A DNA stretch of 64,000 nucleotides, from NCBI GenBank assembly GCA_964016885.1, contig OZ024747.1:75764001-75828000 (forward strand), in the 5' to 3' direction. This DNA comes from Eledone cirrhosa. Its lineage: Eukaryota. The notes beneath the pieces are model-generated. The model worked only from the letters and a program-made list of their open reading frames with translations, was not told the origin of the DNA and made no database searches. The position numbers and the translations under genes are program-made. Positions 14,201 to 30,022 of this stretch are shown here, piece by piece; within the stretch, counting starts at the first letter, position 1, and every line of letters begins with the position of its first letter.

Positions 14201-15459
14201 AAGGGAAACGCTCGCCAAAATGGAGCGCGCTCTCTTCCAATTCCTTTGGTAGAAGCGGGCTCCTATGGTGAGGAGATCCATCTGCTGTCAACACCCTTCG
14301 AAAGGAGGGCTGGGGATGCCGTGGCTAATGATACGTAAACACGCATTAAGGCTACGGCACCTCGAGGTATTCCGTCCGGTCAACCGGTGTGGGCCCCGTT
14401 TGTGAGGCGAGCCTTTCCCAGACTCGTCTCACTCACCGAGCTGCAATCCTGGGTCAAGCAAAGACCGAGAAAACTGGGCGCCTGGCACACCGAGTGTGCC
14501 CAGGCGCTCACGGTTCTCTGGCAGGCGGACCCGACTGTCAGTGGAGAATCCACCTCGTCATTCTATAGAGAGCTGGTGGTTAGCAGGTGCGACGACGCCC
14601 TCGGAGAAGCCCTAGGCATGGAGGAAGACGAACTGGCCAACCTGTTCGGTAGGACATTCAGCCCGGGACCCATGGATAACTTCCAGAGGTCCCTGGCCTG
14701 GAAGTGCTACAGAAGGGCTCTGCCCGTTCGAGAAAGGCTCTACAGACACGGGAGCCCGGGTAGGGACCCTCGAAAAAGATCTGTCCCAGATGCGTGTGCG
14801 ACGAGGAAACCGTTGCACACGCATTGGTACACTGCTCGAGCATTGCTGATCTGTGGGGCTATGTCGAACAACTGCTGTCAAGAGTGGGACCGATCCGGTT
14901 GACCACCGAGTCTATTGTAACGATCAAGCCGCCTCCCCTCTTCAAAAACGAAGGAGAGGCGGGTTTCTGTGCGTAATAGCCATGGCGAAAGAGGTTGTAT
15001 GGTGGACGCGTCAGAAAGGACTGAGGTCAGACACCTTTCTCTCTGGCCAACAACTGGTCCGTTTCTTCTGATATCATTTCGGAAGAAGGATCAGGATGGA
15101 GAGAGAGGTGCTGCACCCCAGCCGTTTTTATGAAAGATGGGTGAAAGTGGCGAGAATGGCCCGTGTGAATGGGCCTTCACTCTACATCAGACTATAGGTG
15201 AGGAAGATGAAAGACCAAGGGAGCACCCCTTCTCTGTGCTCCTGAGGAAAAGGGTTGCACACTTTTTTCGGGGGTGTGTGCGACCCCCCAAGGCGCCTCC
15301 TCTCTATTGAGGATTTTGTTATAAATTTTATTCTGTTATATTTTATTTTATTTTTATAATTTGTTATTGCCTCCTCCTTATTGAGGACGCATTGTTTTGT
15401 AAACTCCCCCCATTGTACTTGTCCCACTTTTGATGCCCTGGTGGCAAATAAAAGAAACA
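11275..15459 (+). mobile_element. Tx1-like (L1 clade) non-LTR retrotransposon, 5'-truncated, inserted in (TATC)n
   Basis: GC-rich ORF2 with APE, RT and CCHC. Flanked on both sides by (ATCT)n (11196-11274 and 15460-15540). Confidence 0.9.
11791..15197 (+). pseudogene. LINE ORF2 (AP endonuclease, reverse transcriptase, zinc knuckle), frameshifted and with stops
   Basis: Motifs CLNARGL, VGDWN, YLDRFL, SDHKLV, KSPGLDG, FRPITLLN, RQGCPLS, AYADD and ETVAHALVHC occur across several frames. Confidence 0.93.
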
Positions 15460-15498
15460 TATCTATCTGTGTATCTATCTATCTATCTATCTATCTAA

Positions 15499-15535
<37 letters not shown>

Positions 15536-15542
15536 CATCTGT

Positions 15543-15632
15543 GATAACATTTTACACGTTTTTATTGTATGTAAACTTCCCCCTTTGTATTTGTCCCCTT
15601 CTTTTGTGCCCCTGTGGCTAATAAAGAAATAT
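15543..15632 (+). mobile_element. 3'-terminal fragment of a Tx1-like LINE relative, in (TATC)n
   Basis: tgtaaacttcccctttgtatttgtcccc...gccctgtggctaataaagaaa resembles 15397-15457. Confidence 0.7.
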
Positions 15633-16183
15633 ATCTATCTATCTATCTATCTATCTCATATCTATCTATCTATTTATCTGTCTCACTCTCTAGTCATGTA
15701 TGTATGTATGTATGTATGTATGTATGTATGTATGTATGTATGTATGTATGTATGTATGTATGTATGTATGTATGTATGTATGTATGTATGTATGACTCTA
15801 TTCATCTAGCTATCCATCTATCTAACTATCCATACGTTGATCGATCTGGATATATACTAAAGGCCCCCATTGGTCACTAATGACTGTGGTTTTACGCGTA
15901 GAAAGATTCCCTCTGAAGCACAAGCCTGGGCAATATTTATTTGTGGAAGACTAGCAGTCGCTCATATATACCAGTCTTCCCTCTCCACGCCACCTATGTT
16001 GTCCAAGGGGAAGGCAATGGCCAATACAGCTTGGCACCAGTGACGTCACAATCATTTCAACAGCTGAGTGAACTGGAGCAACGTGAAAATAAAGTGTTTT
16101 ACTCTAGGATAGAACGCATGACCTAGTCCGAGAATCGAAATCACAACCTCTCAATTGCCACTAATCATGCACTTTCGGTTGCG

Positions 16184-16243
<60 letters not shown>

Positions 16244-16247
<4 letters not shown>

Positions 16248-19164
16248 ATAATAATAAATTTGAAGACTAAAATCCAAAGAGGGTTCGATAAGGATAAATA
16301 TATATCAAATATATAAGAACCGTAGAGCAAATATTTATTAAAATAACAGATTAAAGTTTAAGCAAAGAATCGCTGCTTTCACCCCTAACGGGATCTTCTG
16401 AAACTAACAAAGTCAATCTGTAAACGCAGAACTGGATATTTCAAAAAACGTTGCAACCAGAGGAAGACAGGAAGACGATTGTTTGGTTCGTGGTAACGTT
16501 CGCTGGCAAAGAACGGGAAAAAACGAATATAATACGTCATTTATAGGAGCGGTGAAAAACAATTACGCGCAAAGACAGAACCACGTTTATGGTATAAAAG
16601 AGGTCGTAGACTAATGTTCTCTTAGGTGGTTCATAGAGACGTTCTCTGGCAATGAACGAAAAAAACGAATATAATACGTCATATGTGGAACGTGGAGAAC
16701 AATTGCACGCAAAGACAAAACCACGTAAATGGTATAGCAGAAGTTGTAGACTAAAATTCTAACTAGGAGACCGAATGAATCTCCGCTTTAAAGTTAAGAA
16801 TAAAGTAAATAAATACAATACAGAGGTAATAAAAATTAAATAAATACATACACGCATACAGATACGTACATACACAAGCATACGCGAAAACACTTACCAT
16901 AGGTATACAAAACCACGCACATATAAATATGTGTGTGTGTGTATGCGTGAATACAAATAAATAAATAATTAAATAAACGTATATAAATAAATAAATACGT
17001 ATATAACAGACGCACACACACACCTACATGTAAATACACAAATGTTCGGAGACGTAAGTCAACCAAAACAGGAAGTACACATATACACACACCCTACATA
17101 CGTACGAACCTGCATACTCACACAGACGCAAAACACCCGCATACACATAACCAAACCATATGTACCAGAAAATATAAAATTATACGCCATAACATACAAT
17201 CAAATATACGTACGAGAAGGTATACGTACCTTCACAAAACATACAGGTAATATATACTCACCTATGCAAATCAGTAATGGTATAAACAAAACATATACTT
17301 AGCTACCACATCAAGACGTAAAATATCCACGTATAGATCGTACTATCCGTTAGGGTATAACGTGGGGCTGTAATACAGGAAAGTTTTGTGCAATTTATGT
17401 TTACAAGCCGAAATTGCCTCAGATTTTTTGTTTAAGATGTGGTCTGTGGCGTAGAGTATTTCCAGGACCTCAGTGGCGCAGAGGTCACATGGTCTATTAT
17501 TTCCGTTATACGATCTAGCCCTAGCTAGGATCTCCCAGTGTAACTTATATTGGGTGTGGTTGTCTTTTAGACTCCAGATATAAGCTGAAAGTGACGTCAT
17601 ATTCCTTCTTAGAGGGTAACGAAAAGAATGGGTATTCATGTAAAGACGCTGCTTGAATCTATTGGCGGTTAACCCTATGTAGGCCCTACGGGACGTGGGT
17701 GTTTCAACCTTACATTTGTAGACAATGTTACTAGAGAGGCATTTCCCGGGTAGGGGGCAATCAACCCGATTCCTACAATTACAGTTAGTACTAAATACAG
17801 GGTTGCACGTGTTCCTACGGCTAAGTAGTTTAGCTAAATTTGAAGCTGTGATGTTATGTGCAAGGTTAGGAGTCGTAGAGTAAGAAATTTTAATAGTATT
17901 TCTATTAAAAATTTTACTATATTTATGTGTAGGGGGAAAATGCTTCGTAATAAGGGAAAGAAAGATTTTAGCTAATGGTGTGGCCACCTCCATATTATAT
18001 GGTGGGTTATACCAACAAATGCGACGGGATCTATTTCTTCTAGGTCTATTTTCGTACTCTGTATATGCTACCTTATCGACAAATCCACTCCGAGCAAGAG
18101 CTTCATTGTAATAAGTGGAATGGTCGTTGAAAATATGCTCGTTAGTAGATAGACGGGAAAGCCTCAACGAAACGTTTCTTACCAGGTTCTTGGTTATGCT
18201 GGCAGGATGGTTGGAATGCTTACTTATGTAATTAAGCGTATCATACGGCTTTCTATACAGGTAATACAACCCATTCAATAAATTGAGGGTAACGTCGAGG
18301 TAATTAACGACCGAAAGATTGGCCTCAACCTGTATAGAGAGGTTGAAGCCTTTAAAGAAGGCTGTGAGTTCTTTTCTGAACTTGTCACAAGCAGGTTCTT
18401 GCGTATGTAGGGTGTGTGTATATGTGTACTTCATGTTTTGGTTGACTTACGTCTCAGAACATTTGTGTATTTACATGTAGGTATGTGTGTGCGCTTGTTA
18501 TATACGTATTTATTTATTTATATACGTTTATTTAATTATTTGTATTCACGCATACACACACACACATATTTATATGTGCGTGGTTTTGTATACCTATGGT
18601 AAGTGTTTTCGCGTATGCTTGTGTATGTACGTATTTGTATGCGTGTATGTATTTATTTAATTTCTATTATCTCTGTATTGTATTTATTTACTTTGTTCTT
18701 AACTCTGAAGCGGAGATTCATTCGGTCTCCTAGTTAGAATTTTAGTCTACAACTTCTGCTATACCATTTACGTGGTTTTGTCTTTGCGTGCAATTGTTCT
18801 CCACGCTCCACATATGACGTATTATATTCGTTTTTTTCGTTCATTGCCAGAGAACGTCTCTATGAACTACCTAAGAGAACATTAGTCTACGAGCTCTTTT
18901 ATACCATAAACGTGGTTCTGTCTTTGCGCGTAATTGTTTTTCACCGCTCCTATTAATGACGTATTATATTCGTTTTTTCCCGTTCTTTGCTAGGGAACGT
19001 TTCCACGAACCAAAGTATCGTCTTCCTGTCTTCCTACGGTTGCAACGTTTTTTAAAATATCCACTTCTGCGTTTTCAGATTGACTTTGTTAGTTTCAGAA
19101 GATCCCTTTAAGGGTGAAAGCAGCGATTCTTTGCTTAAACTTTAATCTGTTATTTTAATAAATA
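16244..19164 (-). mobile_element. Penelope-like element, 5'-truncated, with an inverted terminal repeat (16331-17113 and 18391-19164)
   Basis: GIY-YIG ORF between inverted arms of about 780 bp. Both ends lie in (TA)n. Confidence 0.92.
17343..18390 (-). pseudogene. Penelope ORF C-terminal part (RT thumb, linker, GIY-YIG endonuclease)
   Basis: VNYLDVTL, SNHP, WYNPPY, CNCR...CPL, IVYKC...AYIGLT...FKQR, CDLC..E, LNKKSE. Confidence 0.92.
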
Positions 19165-19185
19165 TATATATATATATATATATAT

Positions 19186-19993
<808 letters not shown>

Positions 19994-19994
19994 T

Positions 19995-20033
<39 letters not shown>

Positions 20034-20651
20034 TAACTAGCTAACTGAGCTAAGTTATTAACCATCTGTCTGATTTAGTAGATAACTACTTATTAACTAA
20101 TCGGTAACAACCGTTCTTCAGATTTGCCGAAACCTTGAATTATATGAGTTGGTGGTAGTGACATTTCCGGCCAATATGCAGATCTAATTGCTTGTAACAT
20201 TATTTGACCATAGTACAGCTATATTTTATTCAACCAGTTAGTTAAGCCATAGCTGCATTAATTTCCTCCCTTTTATGTTTCAAACGAAGAGTTTTAGTAG
20301 AGGACATGAGCAAAAAGAATAAAAATAGCTAAATAGATTCTTTTCGAGCTTATGAAAGTATATGGTAAGTTTGAATTATCTTTGACTTGCAACAAAATAT
20401 TAACTGGCCAAGTTATAAAATGGCTGAAGTTTATTAAATAAAACTCAAGCATGTGATAGAATGGTGTCTCATGGGAACGACTTCAATGATATGGAAAATG
20501 ATAAATGATATTAAAATGCCATACCGGAATTTATTACCTTTTCGATATTCTGGAGAATTGTTACTTTTATTACTATGAAGTGTTGAATATAATAAGAAAA
20601 TCGCAACCCCTTGAGTCAGAACAGAAATGAGTTAATTTAGCTAAAATGGAT

Positions 20652-20703
<52 letters not shown>

Positions 20704-21290
20704 ACACATACATACAACACACAGACACCCCCACACATTCATAATTGTGGCTAGTTAAATAACGCAGAACCTTCTCAAAATTAAGTAAAGCGCAAGAGAG
20801 CATTTGAGTTATTGAATTCTATGTATATATATACATTTAGTTCTACTGTTGATTGAAGTTCTCGATAGTATATCAACTTAAAAAGGGTAGAATTATCTAC
20901 TGGAAGATAACATTTATTGTTACTATGGTTTAAGCCGTACAGCAGTACAGGAGCTTTTATGTATCAGTCAAATCCTTCTAAAGTCTGTCTTAAGCCAAGG
21001 AGCACGTCAGGTCGGTGCTTATACAAGTTTCGTGGCGGGTAGTGACTGAGAGTACTAGACTCCAAACTGGACAGGACGCTAGTCCATCACAGGGTTAAAC
21101 ATCTATCTATTGCGTGTACTCCATCTGAGTATACTGGAACAACGGGAAATGAAGAGTTTGGCTAAAGAACACAAAACATAACCCAATTCAGGAATATGAT
21201 ATCTAAACTCTCTACCAGGGACATCGACCACGTAGAGGTTTCGATTTAGAAATGAATTCATATTCTGTCTGGTGTTTTTTATATATATAT

Positions 21291-21445
21291 ATTTAATATA
21301 GAAAGGCTTCTACAGGACTTCTGGTGATTTCTCCCGAATGAAACAGTTCTAGTCCTGTAGAAGCCTTTCTACATTAAATATTTATACTCTGCTTTGTATT
21401 GAATACCTTACTTACTGTGCTTACCCCCGATTGAATCCGGGATAA
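21291..21445 (+). mobile_element. Fold-back element, family C, with an HHR-like core (21321-21349) in the loop
   Basis: Arms 21291-21319 and 21351-21381. Core CTGGTGA...GAAAcagtTC. Confidence 0.6.
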
Positions 21446-21535
<90 letters not shown>

Positions 21536-21659
21536 TCCGTTATATAAATGTCCTCGAAGATGGTTTGCTAATATGTTGTAAAACTACTTTATACGGAACT
21601 CCTCGTCCAATGGACTGAGTGCTCTACTTACTACGGACATAACCTCCCAGTGTTCTACC

Positions 21660-21751
<92 letters not shown>

Positions 21752-21823
21752 GGAATAGAATGAAACAAAATTTCATTTCTCTCTCTTAGTACGGCACTTA
21801 CTTAAATACATACTTATATATAT

Positions 21824-21855
<32 letters not shown>

Positions 21856-22079
21856 AGGGGTTGGTTTGCCGTTACAATAACACCGAATTGGAAAGCCATC
21901 CTCGAACCAATTCTATCCTATATTCAGTTTGTTTCACCATAATACTGTTATCTTATATAACTCTTTCTGCAAGCAACAACCCTAATGAAATCGCCTAAGT
22001 CTTGCGTCATGATAGGATGATGTAACTAGGCCAAAACTTTAAAGAAAATTTGCAATCCGGCATTGTGTTGTTTTATTAA

Positions 22080-22130
<51 letters not shown>

Positions 22131-22136
<6 letters not shown>

Positions 22137-22285
22137 ACTCAATACTTAGGGTAGTAGAGTGGGAAATAGGAAAAAGTATGACCCCGACGGCAGAGCTCAA
22201 GCCGTTTCGACGGCTATTTCTGGACTTAGTCCAGAAATAGCCGTAGAAACGGTTTGAGCTCTGCCGTCGGGGTCATACTTTTTCC

Positions 22286-22290
<5 letters not shown>
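22131..22290 (-). mobile_element. Fold-back element, family B
   Basis: Inverted repeat 22167-22288 centred on ctggac-tta-gtccag. Confidence 0.8.
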
Positions 22291-22319
<29 letters not shown>

Positions 22320-22707
22320 TATGATGTATTATATATTTAGTTAAAATATCAAAATATCAAAATATGTAGTTGTTGTTTTCGTCTTAAAAATATGTACCGA
22401 AAAAAGTTTATCAATTACTTATAACATTGAATGTCTGAAAATATTTTCGGTATACGCTCATAACGATCAAAAGATTTTGGAAGTAAGAGAAAATAGAAAA
22501 ACCTAAAAATAAAATAGAACAAATTTATGAATAAAAAATAATATGTTTATTTTTATTCCGAAAATGCTGACAGCTTCTGCTACATCCTGGAAAGCATTCT
22601 CCAAACAAATCATTCTCAATTGGTCTGGCATTGTCCATCGCAATGTGTGGAGATACATTGATAATTTGCCAGAATGAGCCGAAGTGTAATGTTTATTCGA
22701 CCCAGGC

Positions 22708-22985
22708 TGCGCGTGGCCTAGAGGTAAGGGTGTTGTTCTTACGATCATATTGCTGAGGGTTCGATTCATGTACTGTGCTCTGTGTTGTATTCTTGAGCAA
22801 AACACTTCATTTCACCTTGCTCCAATATATTCAGCTGACAATGAACACCAGCAATAACTGGGGCTTTAACCCTGTGATGTACTGACGCCTTTTTCAATAG
22901 GGAGTTTTATACTCTTGGTCTCTTCACGTCACAGAAACTGTGTTAACCATCCGCCTGATGAGGCAACGGGCTCGAGACACTGTAA
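22708..22985 (+). mobile_element. tRNA-derived SINE
   Basis: A box gtggcctagagg and B box gggttcgattc, followed by ttgtattcttgagcaaaacacttcatttcacc. Confidence 0.7.
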
Positions 22986-23077
22986 ACAAAGATAATTAGA
23001 AACGAACATTTGAAGGAATATGAGCTAGAGATGATGGAAGAAATAGTTAGTGACAGAAAAAATATAGAAAAAGAATG

Positions 23078-23700
23078 AGGGTGAAAGTAAGAGGTGGTAA
23101 TAGTTTGTGACAGAGAGTGACAGTAAGAGGTGGTAATAGTTTGTGACAGAGAGTGACAGTAAGAGGTAGTAATAGTTTGACACAGAGAGTGACATTTAGA
23201 GATGGTAATAGTTTGTGACAGAGAGTGACAGTAAGAGGTAGTAATAGTTTGTGACCGAGAGTGACAGTAAGAGGTAGTAATAGTTTGTGACAGAGGGTGA
23301 AAGTAAGAGGTGGTAATAGTTTGTGACAGAGAGTGACATTTAGAGATGGTAATAGTTTGTGACAGAGAGTGACAGTAAGAGGTAGTAATAGTTTGTGACA
23401 GAGAGAGTGATAGTAAGAGGTAGTAATAATTTGTGACAGAGAATGACATTAAGAGGTAGTAATAGTTTGTGACAGAGAGCGACATTAAGAGGTAGTAATA
23501 GTTTGTGACAGAGAGCGACATTAAGAGATGGTAATAGTTTGTGACAGAGAGTGACATAAAGAGATGGTACTAGTTTGTGACAGAGAGTGACATAAAAAGG
23601 TAGTAACAGTTTGTCACAGAGAGCGACATTAAGAGGTAGTAATAGTTTGTGACAGAGAGCGACATTAAGAGGTAGTAACAGTTTGTGACAGGGTGACATA
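23078..23700. repeat. 36-bp minisatellite, about 17 copies
   Basis: Unit gaggtggtaatagtttgtgacagagagtgacagtaa, contiguous with no spacers. Confidence 0.95.
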
Positions 23701-24297
23701 AAGAGAAACTAAAATGTTTGACAAGACAAACTGAAACGAAGTGGAAATGACAATAGAGGAGAGGATGTAATCCCGACAAGGTTTTTTCAATGTATCATTA
23801 ATGCTTGTAATAATTGGCGGTTCGATAAACTATCGACTAGACAAGTACTGGTCGATATAATCGACCAGTACTTATACCTCTCCGCAAATATCTGGAAACA
23901 TTATTTTAAGTTAAAGAGAATTTAAAGAAATGTGATTTTGAATAGAAATACAATTGTATGGTAAAGAGTAAACAAATGATTCGCAAATGTGGTTATTAAG
24001 TGTTCAATTTCAAGTTAGAGAATATATCGACATAATGACAAATTATAGAGGTCGACAAGGAAACGGACAAAATAATGGCTAGAGAGAGAGAGAGGAGGAA
24101 AAGAGTGGGAAGAATGGTAAGGGTAATGGCGAGTGAGAGGAAATAGGTGATGGTAATAGTATTATAAAATGGCAGAGAAAAGGAGGGATTTAAAATATTT
24201 GGATTCAGTACAGTAATGGCTGTAGAGTAGATGATAGCTACATACAAACAAGCTGGGTCTAGAATCACAAACATAAATAATCTTCTCAAATACAATA

Positions 24298-24357
<60 letters not shown>

Positions 24358-24547
24358 ATACATACACACACACTCTCTCTCACACATACATACACAGTTT
24401 ATATATACTTGCACGCAAACAAAACTATGTGTATATTTGTGTACTTAAATGGGCGATGTAATCATGCAGTTCTGATCTTCAAGCTCTCTGTATATATAGA
24501 TTTATACACTTATATAAATATACGCTCATACATGCATCTAGACATCA

Positions 24548-24592
<45 letters not shown>

Positions 24593-24606
24593 TATATTTG
24601 TATGTT

Positions 24607-24726
<120 letters not shown>

Positions 24727-24732
24727 TATATG

Positions 24733-24885
<153 letters not shown>

Positions 24886-24914
24886 GTATATATATATGTG
24901 TATATATATATATG

Positions 24915-24945
<31 letters not shown>

Positions 24946-24961
24946 GTATATATATATGTAT

Positions 24962-25077
24962 ATATTGTTATACTTGGGGAGGGTGATATTTTTGTAATAA
25001 TATTGCCAGAATTGACCCTCCCCAAGTATAACAATATTTGTTTCGACACACGATTTCATATCAAAAACCTCGCAAAA

Positions 25078-25112
<35 letters not shown>

Positions 25113-25440
25113 CGGCGATGAATTTGTTTTGCGAGGCTTTTGATATGAAATCATGTGTCGAAACAAATATTGTTATACTTGGGGAGGGTCATATTGTTGT
25201 AAAAATATTGCCAAAATAATAACAGAACACACTCACTGTTTGGTTGGTTTTCGCTTCTGTATCTTTTATATCTCCACAATTAATTCATTCGGTCCTCAAT
25301 GTTTACCATTGACTGACCAGCGGTCAAAATACAGATATAATATAGATATAAACACATATATATATATATAGTCTAACAAAGTTCTTTCGTTGCACATCTG
25401 CAACATCATCAGAAAACAACAACTATACATCCAACAATCA
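24962..25440. mobile_element. Cluster of family-H-related ends: fold-back 24962-25035, a tail-to-tail pair around (TA)n, and a longer copy 25126-25440
   Basis: atattgttatacttggggagggt occurs in both orientations. Homologue at 58293-58535. Confidence 0.75.
25372..25416 (-). ncRNA. Hammerhead core, family H-related (helix I poor)
   Basis: CTGATGA-t-gttgca gatg tgcaac-GAAA-gaac-TT. Confidence 0.5.
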
Positions 25441-25475
25441 TAACAACAACACATCTAGCCTGATTCTTCGTTTTC

Positions 25476-25506
<31 letters not shown>

Positions 25507-25685
25507 ATGGAAAACGAAGAATCAGTGATGCATTGGAACTCAATTTATTACGTATTACAATTGATTCCCCGGCGAACAGCTCCAGGTGTGATCTGTTTGT
25601 GGATCGAACCTGATTCTGGATCCGCAGGTTCCTCAGACGCGCATAGAGTGCTCAACCGGCATACCGCCCATGGAAGCTACCATAA

Positions 25686-25758
<73 letters not shown>

Positions 25759-26584
25759 ACACACACATATATATATAAGCCCAGTCACAACAAAGCCATC
25801 AGCAGAGAAGGATGGTCAGACAAAATGACTTTCTTCTCTGAAGGATCAAGTATGTGAAAATTAACTTTTCTTCCCCTCTTTATATATATATATATTTGTT
25901 GTTGTTATTACCATTATTTTCACTATTTGTACAAATATGCAACTTAACAATATTCTGCATATCCGCAATTGACAATGCATTTAATGCTGAAACCGTTATT
26001 GTAAATAAATTAAATCTTTCTACTTTTGCACAAGGCCAGCAATTACCCAGTGCATTACTGGTACTTTATTTGATCGACCCCGCTCGTTTCAGCTCGTGCC
26101 TCTACTGAAGTGTATATGTGTGTGTGTGTGGTGTTTTTATGTATGTCTGTGAATTTCGATGTGTATGCATTTTCTAATGGGCAAATATTTCTCGTATTAA
26201 TGCCTGTGCGTGCAAAAGAAAACACCCAATCTTGATAAAAACGTTGATAAACTTTTGCCGCCATTTCTCTTTTATTTATCCTGGCATCACCTCCATTTTA
26301 TCGCCTGATATTAACAAACATAATTATTCTTTTCCTCTATCACCAGTTGAACTTTCTAATCACAATACACACCTTGCTCTCTTTAAAGTTCTACAGTACA
26401 GTTCCTTCTCTCTTCTGCCTGCCTCTGACTATAAATATATATATATATATATATATACAAACATACATATATATATATATGCATATATATATAAATATAT
26501 ATGTATATACAAATATATATGTATATATATTATATATATGTGTATGCATATATAAATATAAATATATACATACATATATATATA

Positions 26585-26663
<79 letters not shown>

Positions 26664-26666
<3 letters not shown>

Positions 26667-26869
26667 GATAAATCTACCAAGAGTTTACGGTAGTGTCCAA
26701 TCCGTATGAAGAACTCAATGTAATCCGGATATCATGGAAAGAAGAGATGCAATGAAAAATCACTTTCGGTGAAAGATAAACGGAATACAGAGTCAAGATA
26801 AAATATTAAAAAAATAATGAATAAAACAATGAAACAAATTGTTTCATTGTTTTATTCATTATTTTTTTA

Positions 26870-26880
<11 letters not shown>
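26664..26880 (-). mobile_element. Fold-back element, family D
   Basis: Palindrome about 26797-26879 centred on gaaacaaattgtttc. Body nearly identical to 38049-38215. Confidence 0.8.
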
Positions 26881-26939
<59 letters not shown>

Positions 26940-28305
26940 TTGAGAGAGAGAGAGATAGAGATAGAGAGATAGATAGAGAGAAAGAGAGATAAAGAGAGAG
27001 AGAGAGAGAGGGAGAGGGAGAGGGAGAGAGAGAGGGAGGGAGGGAGAGAGAGAGAGAGAGGATCTACATCTACACACACACCACACACATGTATATGTAC
27101 GCCTATATACATGCAATTTTATTTATCATTTAGCCCCGGGTACCGTTATGTACCTAAATTACTTGTGCAAAGCTTTTATCTACAGTGCAGAACTTGGGTA
27201 TCTAACTGGGAATGATTACTTTACAAATATTTCTGTTTCTTTAACTTTTAAGATATATATTGCAACATTCTCTCTGTTGGAATCGTAGAGCACAATATAT
27301 TCTCTGAGCGAGTATATATATCCCCTGGTCTTGTTTTACTTCTGAAGGTCACGAAAATAATCTACAACATATATCTAAAAGATAACCAACAATATATGGC
27401 AAAAATATGTGTTTCTATTTCGTGACTAATGAATATTGCAGACATGATCAGCTGTTGTTGCCCTTTACAACACACACGTGCAGACTATTACAATTGTAGT
27501 ACTGCCCCACATGTTGACGGTATATCTCCTACCCATACATGCAGACATGAATGCTTCTGTAATTCAAGAGGGAGATGTAGGGGCGCCGTATTGATTTACA
27601 GTGGTTCTAGGTTTTTTTTAAAAAGCCTGGTGGAGCCCTACTCCTCTTCATGTCTGAATGCAGCTGTTTTTTGCAGAGAAGAATAGATATAGTGAAAGAA
27701 TGGAAGTGTAGTTGCTACACTCACATGCATGTATTTTCAAGCGCAGGTCCCATCAATGAGACCCTTTCTTAGATTTCTATATGTATGCTCTACAATATGC
27801 TAGATGTACCATGTCTGAACTTCAGACTCCTCACAATGCTGACTCGCCTGTCAGTACTAACACGGCTCAATAAGTCACTTTCTCAACCCAAGCATTCGAT
27901 CATAGACTTCATATAGCAGATCCTACCCTGCTGCCAAAATAGTGGCCTTACTGTTTACTTCTCACAACATTTAAAAAAATTGTTTTACATTTATTGCTCA
28001 GTAGTTTGTGAGATGCTTCAAGAACCATGGATGTTACCTCCTCTTAATCTGACGAGTTGTGGACGCAGTGTGGACGAATGCTTAAGAAATCTGCTTACTA
28101 CAGCGTGCCGTCTTTTGAAGGTTATATTTACCGTAGATTCGGTACAATTCATGTTTTCTGAATTAAATCCAGTCGATATAAACCATTTGGAAGCCCGTTG
28201 GTTAGTCTGTATTTGTAATTCAAAAGACTAGCCTTGTCAGAGCTACATGAGAATTATGTTAAACTTACACGTGTCTGTACAGTACTCAGTCACCATCAAA
28301 ATAAC

Positions 28306-28345
28306 CGTCGTCGTCATCATCATCACCACCACCATCTCATCATCT

Positions 28346-28378
<33 letters not shown>

Positions 28379-28397
28379 CATCATCATCATCACCACC

Positions 28398-28428
<31 letters not shown>

Positions 28429-28475
28429 CCACCACCATCATACTCATCATCATCATCATCATCACCATCATCACC

Positions 28476-28506
<31 letters not shown>

Positions 28507-28532
28507 CCACCACCATCATACTCATCATCATC

Positions 28533-28600
<68 letters not shown>

Positions 28601-28606
28601 CATCAT
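28306..28606. repeat. (CAT/CAC)n trinucleotide repeat
   Basis: Direct reading. Confidence 0.95.
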
Positions 28607-29106
28607 CCGAGCGTGTGTATTGTACGGATCACCATAACACGTTCTCTCTAGACTGTTCGGTGTGCTATTTCTCGTGGTAGGTTATCCTCGGGTTCACTCA
28701 GAATGCCCTCACAGTTGCTTTAAGTAGGCCTGACAAGGGTGTTGCCAACATTTGTTGCTCCGGTTCCCAATCCTCCCTAACAAAAAGGTGTCTGAAAATC
28801 TCAAGCCTTGCTCTCCTAATGTAGAGAGGAACCAGATTCAGGAGAGACATACACGTAGGCTGTTCCGGTGATTGATCAACTTGAACTCATCGTTGAAACC
28901 GACGGAGTACATTTTACTGACATATTATTTGAAAAAAATCATAAAATACAAACTAAAACTTGTTTTGGTGCCTTTTCTCTCTTTCCCTTCACTTGTCTTC
29001 CTCTTTATATTACTGCATTTTCCTTCTCTCCCTCACTCTACCTATCATTCTCTCTCTCTCTCTCAATCTACCTATCGCTCTCTCTCTCTCTCCCTCACTC
29101 TCTCTC

Positions 29107-29161
<55 letters not shown>

Positions 29162-29280
29162 ACCTCTCTTTCAGTTCCTCTTTTTATCTCTGTTCTTCTC
29201 ACCTTTCATTATACGTGTGTCTAGCATTTTATTTTTACTTTATCATAATCTCCAGAGAAACACCCTGCTAAATGAGATTT

Positions 29281-29910
29281 CCACCACCACCGCCACCACC
29301 ACTACCGCCACCACCACCACCACCACCACCACCACGAGCACTACCGCTACCAACACTAACCCCACCACCACCACTACCACCACCACCACCACCACCACTT
29401 CCGCTACCAACACTATCAACGCCTTCACCTACACCAGTATCGCCACCACCATCACCACCTTCCCCAGTGCCATCACCGCTACCACCAACGCCAGCACCGC
29501 TCCCATCACCACCACCCGCTTCAGCACCGCTCCCATCACCATCACCCGCTTCAGCACCGCCCCCTTCACAACCAACGCCGCTGCTACCACCACCACCACC
29601 ACCACCAATAACCCCCCCCCCAGTCACCAGTACCACCACCACCACCACCACCACCACCGTCAATATCAGCCACCCGTCACCACCACCACCACCACCAACA
29701 ACGACATTATCATTATCTCCATTATCTCCATTATCAACATCGGCACCAAGAGCCGCACTACCCCCCCACCCTCCCACACACATCAAGAAATGAAAGCCGT
29801 CATCACAAACATCAACATCATCATAATTATCAATTTGAAATCTAATATCAACACCACGACGACCACCATCACTACCACTACTACCACCACTACTACTACT
29901 GCTACAACCC

Positions 29911-29982
<72 letters not shown>

Positions 29983-30022
29983 TAACCACCACCACCACCA
30001 CCACCACCACCACCACTACTAC

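Noticed and set aside
19090-19130. CAGAAGA-ccc/ggg-GAAA motif in the Penelope terminal repeat (also about 16365-16405 and 59238-59275)
   Set aside because: Non-canonical core, no UH site and no helix I could be built. Treated as a plain hairpin.
23078-23700. 36-bp repeat resembling a CRISPR repeat length
   Set aside because: Units are contiguous with no unique spacers, there are no cas genes, and the context is eukaryotic. It is a minisatellite.
28650-28910. Possible 5' region of an RTE-related repeat on the minus strand
   Set aside because: Based only on vague recollection of similar repeat starts. No motif in the window supports it.
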